A stretch of DNA of 63,885 bases, counting the filler, from Folioceros fuciformis (lineage: Eukaryota): assembly GCA_049999805.1 (NCBI GenBank). It is 9 parts of 9 records of this genome, joined end to end, with 100 filler letters (N's around TTAATTAATTAA, not from the genome) between each part and the next. Parts side by side here need not be neighbours in the genome. Positions count along the whole stretch, not along the records: positions 62,123 to 63,885 come from JBNGIO010001307.1; 8 more parts are not named here. The stretch is one strand, 5' to 3'. Positions 62,372 through 63,885 of the stretch are shown one piece after another. Below the pieces are notes generated by a model, which saw only the letters and a list, made by a program, of their open reading frames with translations, ran no database searches and was not told where the DNA came from. Position 1 is the stretch's first letter. Each line of letters starts with the position of its first letter. The translations under genes were made by a program, and so were the position numbers.

Positions 62372-63086
62372 ATAGCTAACTAAAGCCCTAATAAAGCATA
62401 AAATAATTATTAGAAGATATAAAAATGAGAATTATTTTTTGAATTTTGACTAAAACCCCATTTGACTAAAGAAACCCCTTTTATTTCAAACGTTATTAGC
62501 TATTCATTTGGTAGTTTATCGTCAAACTAAAATTTATAATTAACAAAAGAGTTTAGGGTTTAAGAAGTCAATAGAAAGAGGGCAAAACATGTGCTTAGAG
62601 TTCTTTGATGTTTGTCTTGATAGAGATAAGCTTGACTTACAAGAACACATTTGCTCTTAGTTTCTTAAGAAATCAAAATCACATAAAAACATGAATATTA
62701 TAAAGAGATATTCTTTTCTTAAAGGAACTATTTAGAGGAAGGAAGGTGATTGCATATATGCAATCCCTTTGAGCCTTATAATGTTTTTTAAGTTGTTAAT
62801 ATAATATTTGATGTTTGTGTTGTTCTCCTTTGTTTTTGTTAAGGGGTTGAACTATTTGGTTGCATTAATTAAAGACATGGATGAATATGAAAAGGTTTTG
62901 TTGTCTTACTTAAACTAGGTCATTATTTTGTAAGAGATAACATGAGGATTAGAAGCTTAAGAGTCTTAAGGCACATGAGTATTAGTGATGGATATGACGC
63001 TATGACTTGTTTTATAGCAATATTGCTACATGCATAACAAGTCATAGCAATATTGCTACATGCATTTGCCAGATGTTATAGTCACT

Positions 63087-63308
63087 TATGAACAAAATTT
63101 TGCTTTAGTGATCGTAATCATATTTGAAGAAAAAGACATATTGCCCACTGATCCAAGTATTATATTTTTGCTATAAGTTGTAAGAAGAAGATTTCCATCC
63201 TTATGACAAAATTTTGCCTTAGTGATCGTAATCAGATTTGAAGAAAGAGACATATTGCCCACAGAAAGTGTTATATTTTTGCTATAAGTTGTAAGAAGAA
63301 GATTTCCA
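63087..63308. repeat. ~114-bp AT-rich tandem duplication
   Basis: caaaattttgc.ttagtgatcgtaatca...gctataagttgtaagaagaagatttcca x2. Confidence 0.9.
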
Positions 63309-63885
63309 CAACTAGCCTTTGGCATGAGCCAACGAGATAAGGAATAGCACAATGAGACTAAGAACTATATACCAAAGGCAAAGGCGATGCATGTTGATTT
63401 GGTCCTTTGGATTAAGAACATGTTGGAACTATTTATTAAGGTGTAAGTGAGTGAAATAAAAATTCAAGAGATTTTGTAAAAATTAAAGGAATTTGAATGA
63501 CCTTCTAACAAATTTAGAAGCAATAATTACAAGAAAAAGGATTAAAAAAATAATATAGGAAAGCTAAGGGACAAAAAGATGGTGTTGTTCTTCTTGTACA
63601 ATAATAAAATATTGCTTGAGTGACTATTATGCTAATATATATTTTAATATCACATGAATAAAAATAATTCACAATATGTTTCTATAATCAATACATGAGA
63701 TCAAAAAGTTTTAAATTTGTAGAAACTCTCTTCTCAATTCTAAGTTTTCTATTTTAAAATTTTTAAGATACAAAATGCTAACATTGTGATATAGTGAGAG
63801 AAGGGAGGCTCAAGCAATTGCTAGATCAAGAATTAGGCTTGCTTAAGCCATAGCTAGAACAAGAACTGCGCTTGCACAAGCCATA

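Overview
Eukaryotic land-plant nuclear DNA. The window is not one continuous locus: nine contigs are joined by eight identical artificial 100-bp linkers (N44-TTAATTAATTAA-N44), so adjacency across a linker means nothing. Very high gene density, short introns, GC-rich genes and the gene content suggest a compact non-seed-plant genome such as Selaginella (inference only). Genes recognised from translation and manual splicing: a DYW deaminase with no visible PPR repeats, a Pro-rich secreted Gnk2/DUF26-like protein, CCaMK/DMI3, an AT5G63040-like plastid membrane protein, a CDB1/CDB1L-like protein, MOT2/MFSD5, a class-3 lipase, a METTL21-like methyltransferase, ISY1, a FAM214/DUF4210 protein, an FNBP4-like WW protein, an A1 aspartic protease, a divergent PILS/AEC transporter, plastid FBA, PTOX, an AWPM-19-like protein, a GT-1-clade trihelix factor and a catalytically dead Harbinger-derived nuclease. 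Mobile DNA includes a Copia 3' end nested in a CACTA-like relic, a Myb/SANT relic and a gag-only Copia-type element. The two strongest candidates for undescribed systems are (1) the tail-to-tail trihelix plus dead Harbinger nuclease pair at 54110-57988, which mirrors the two-gene PIF/Harbinger layout, and (2) the low-complexity DYW deaminase at 3-1742, a possible trans-acting RNA-editing enzyme. All family assignments come from remembered motifs; no database search was run.
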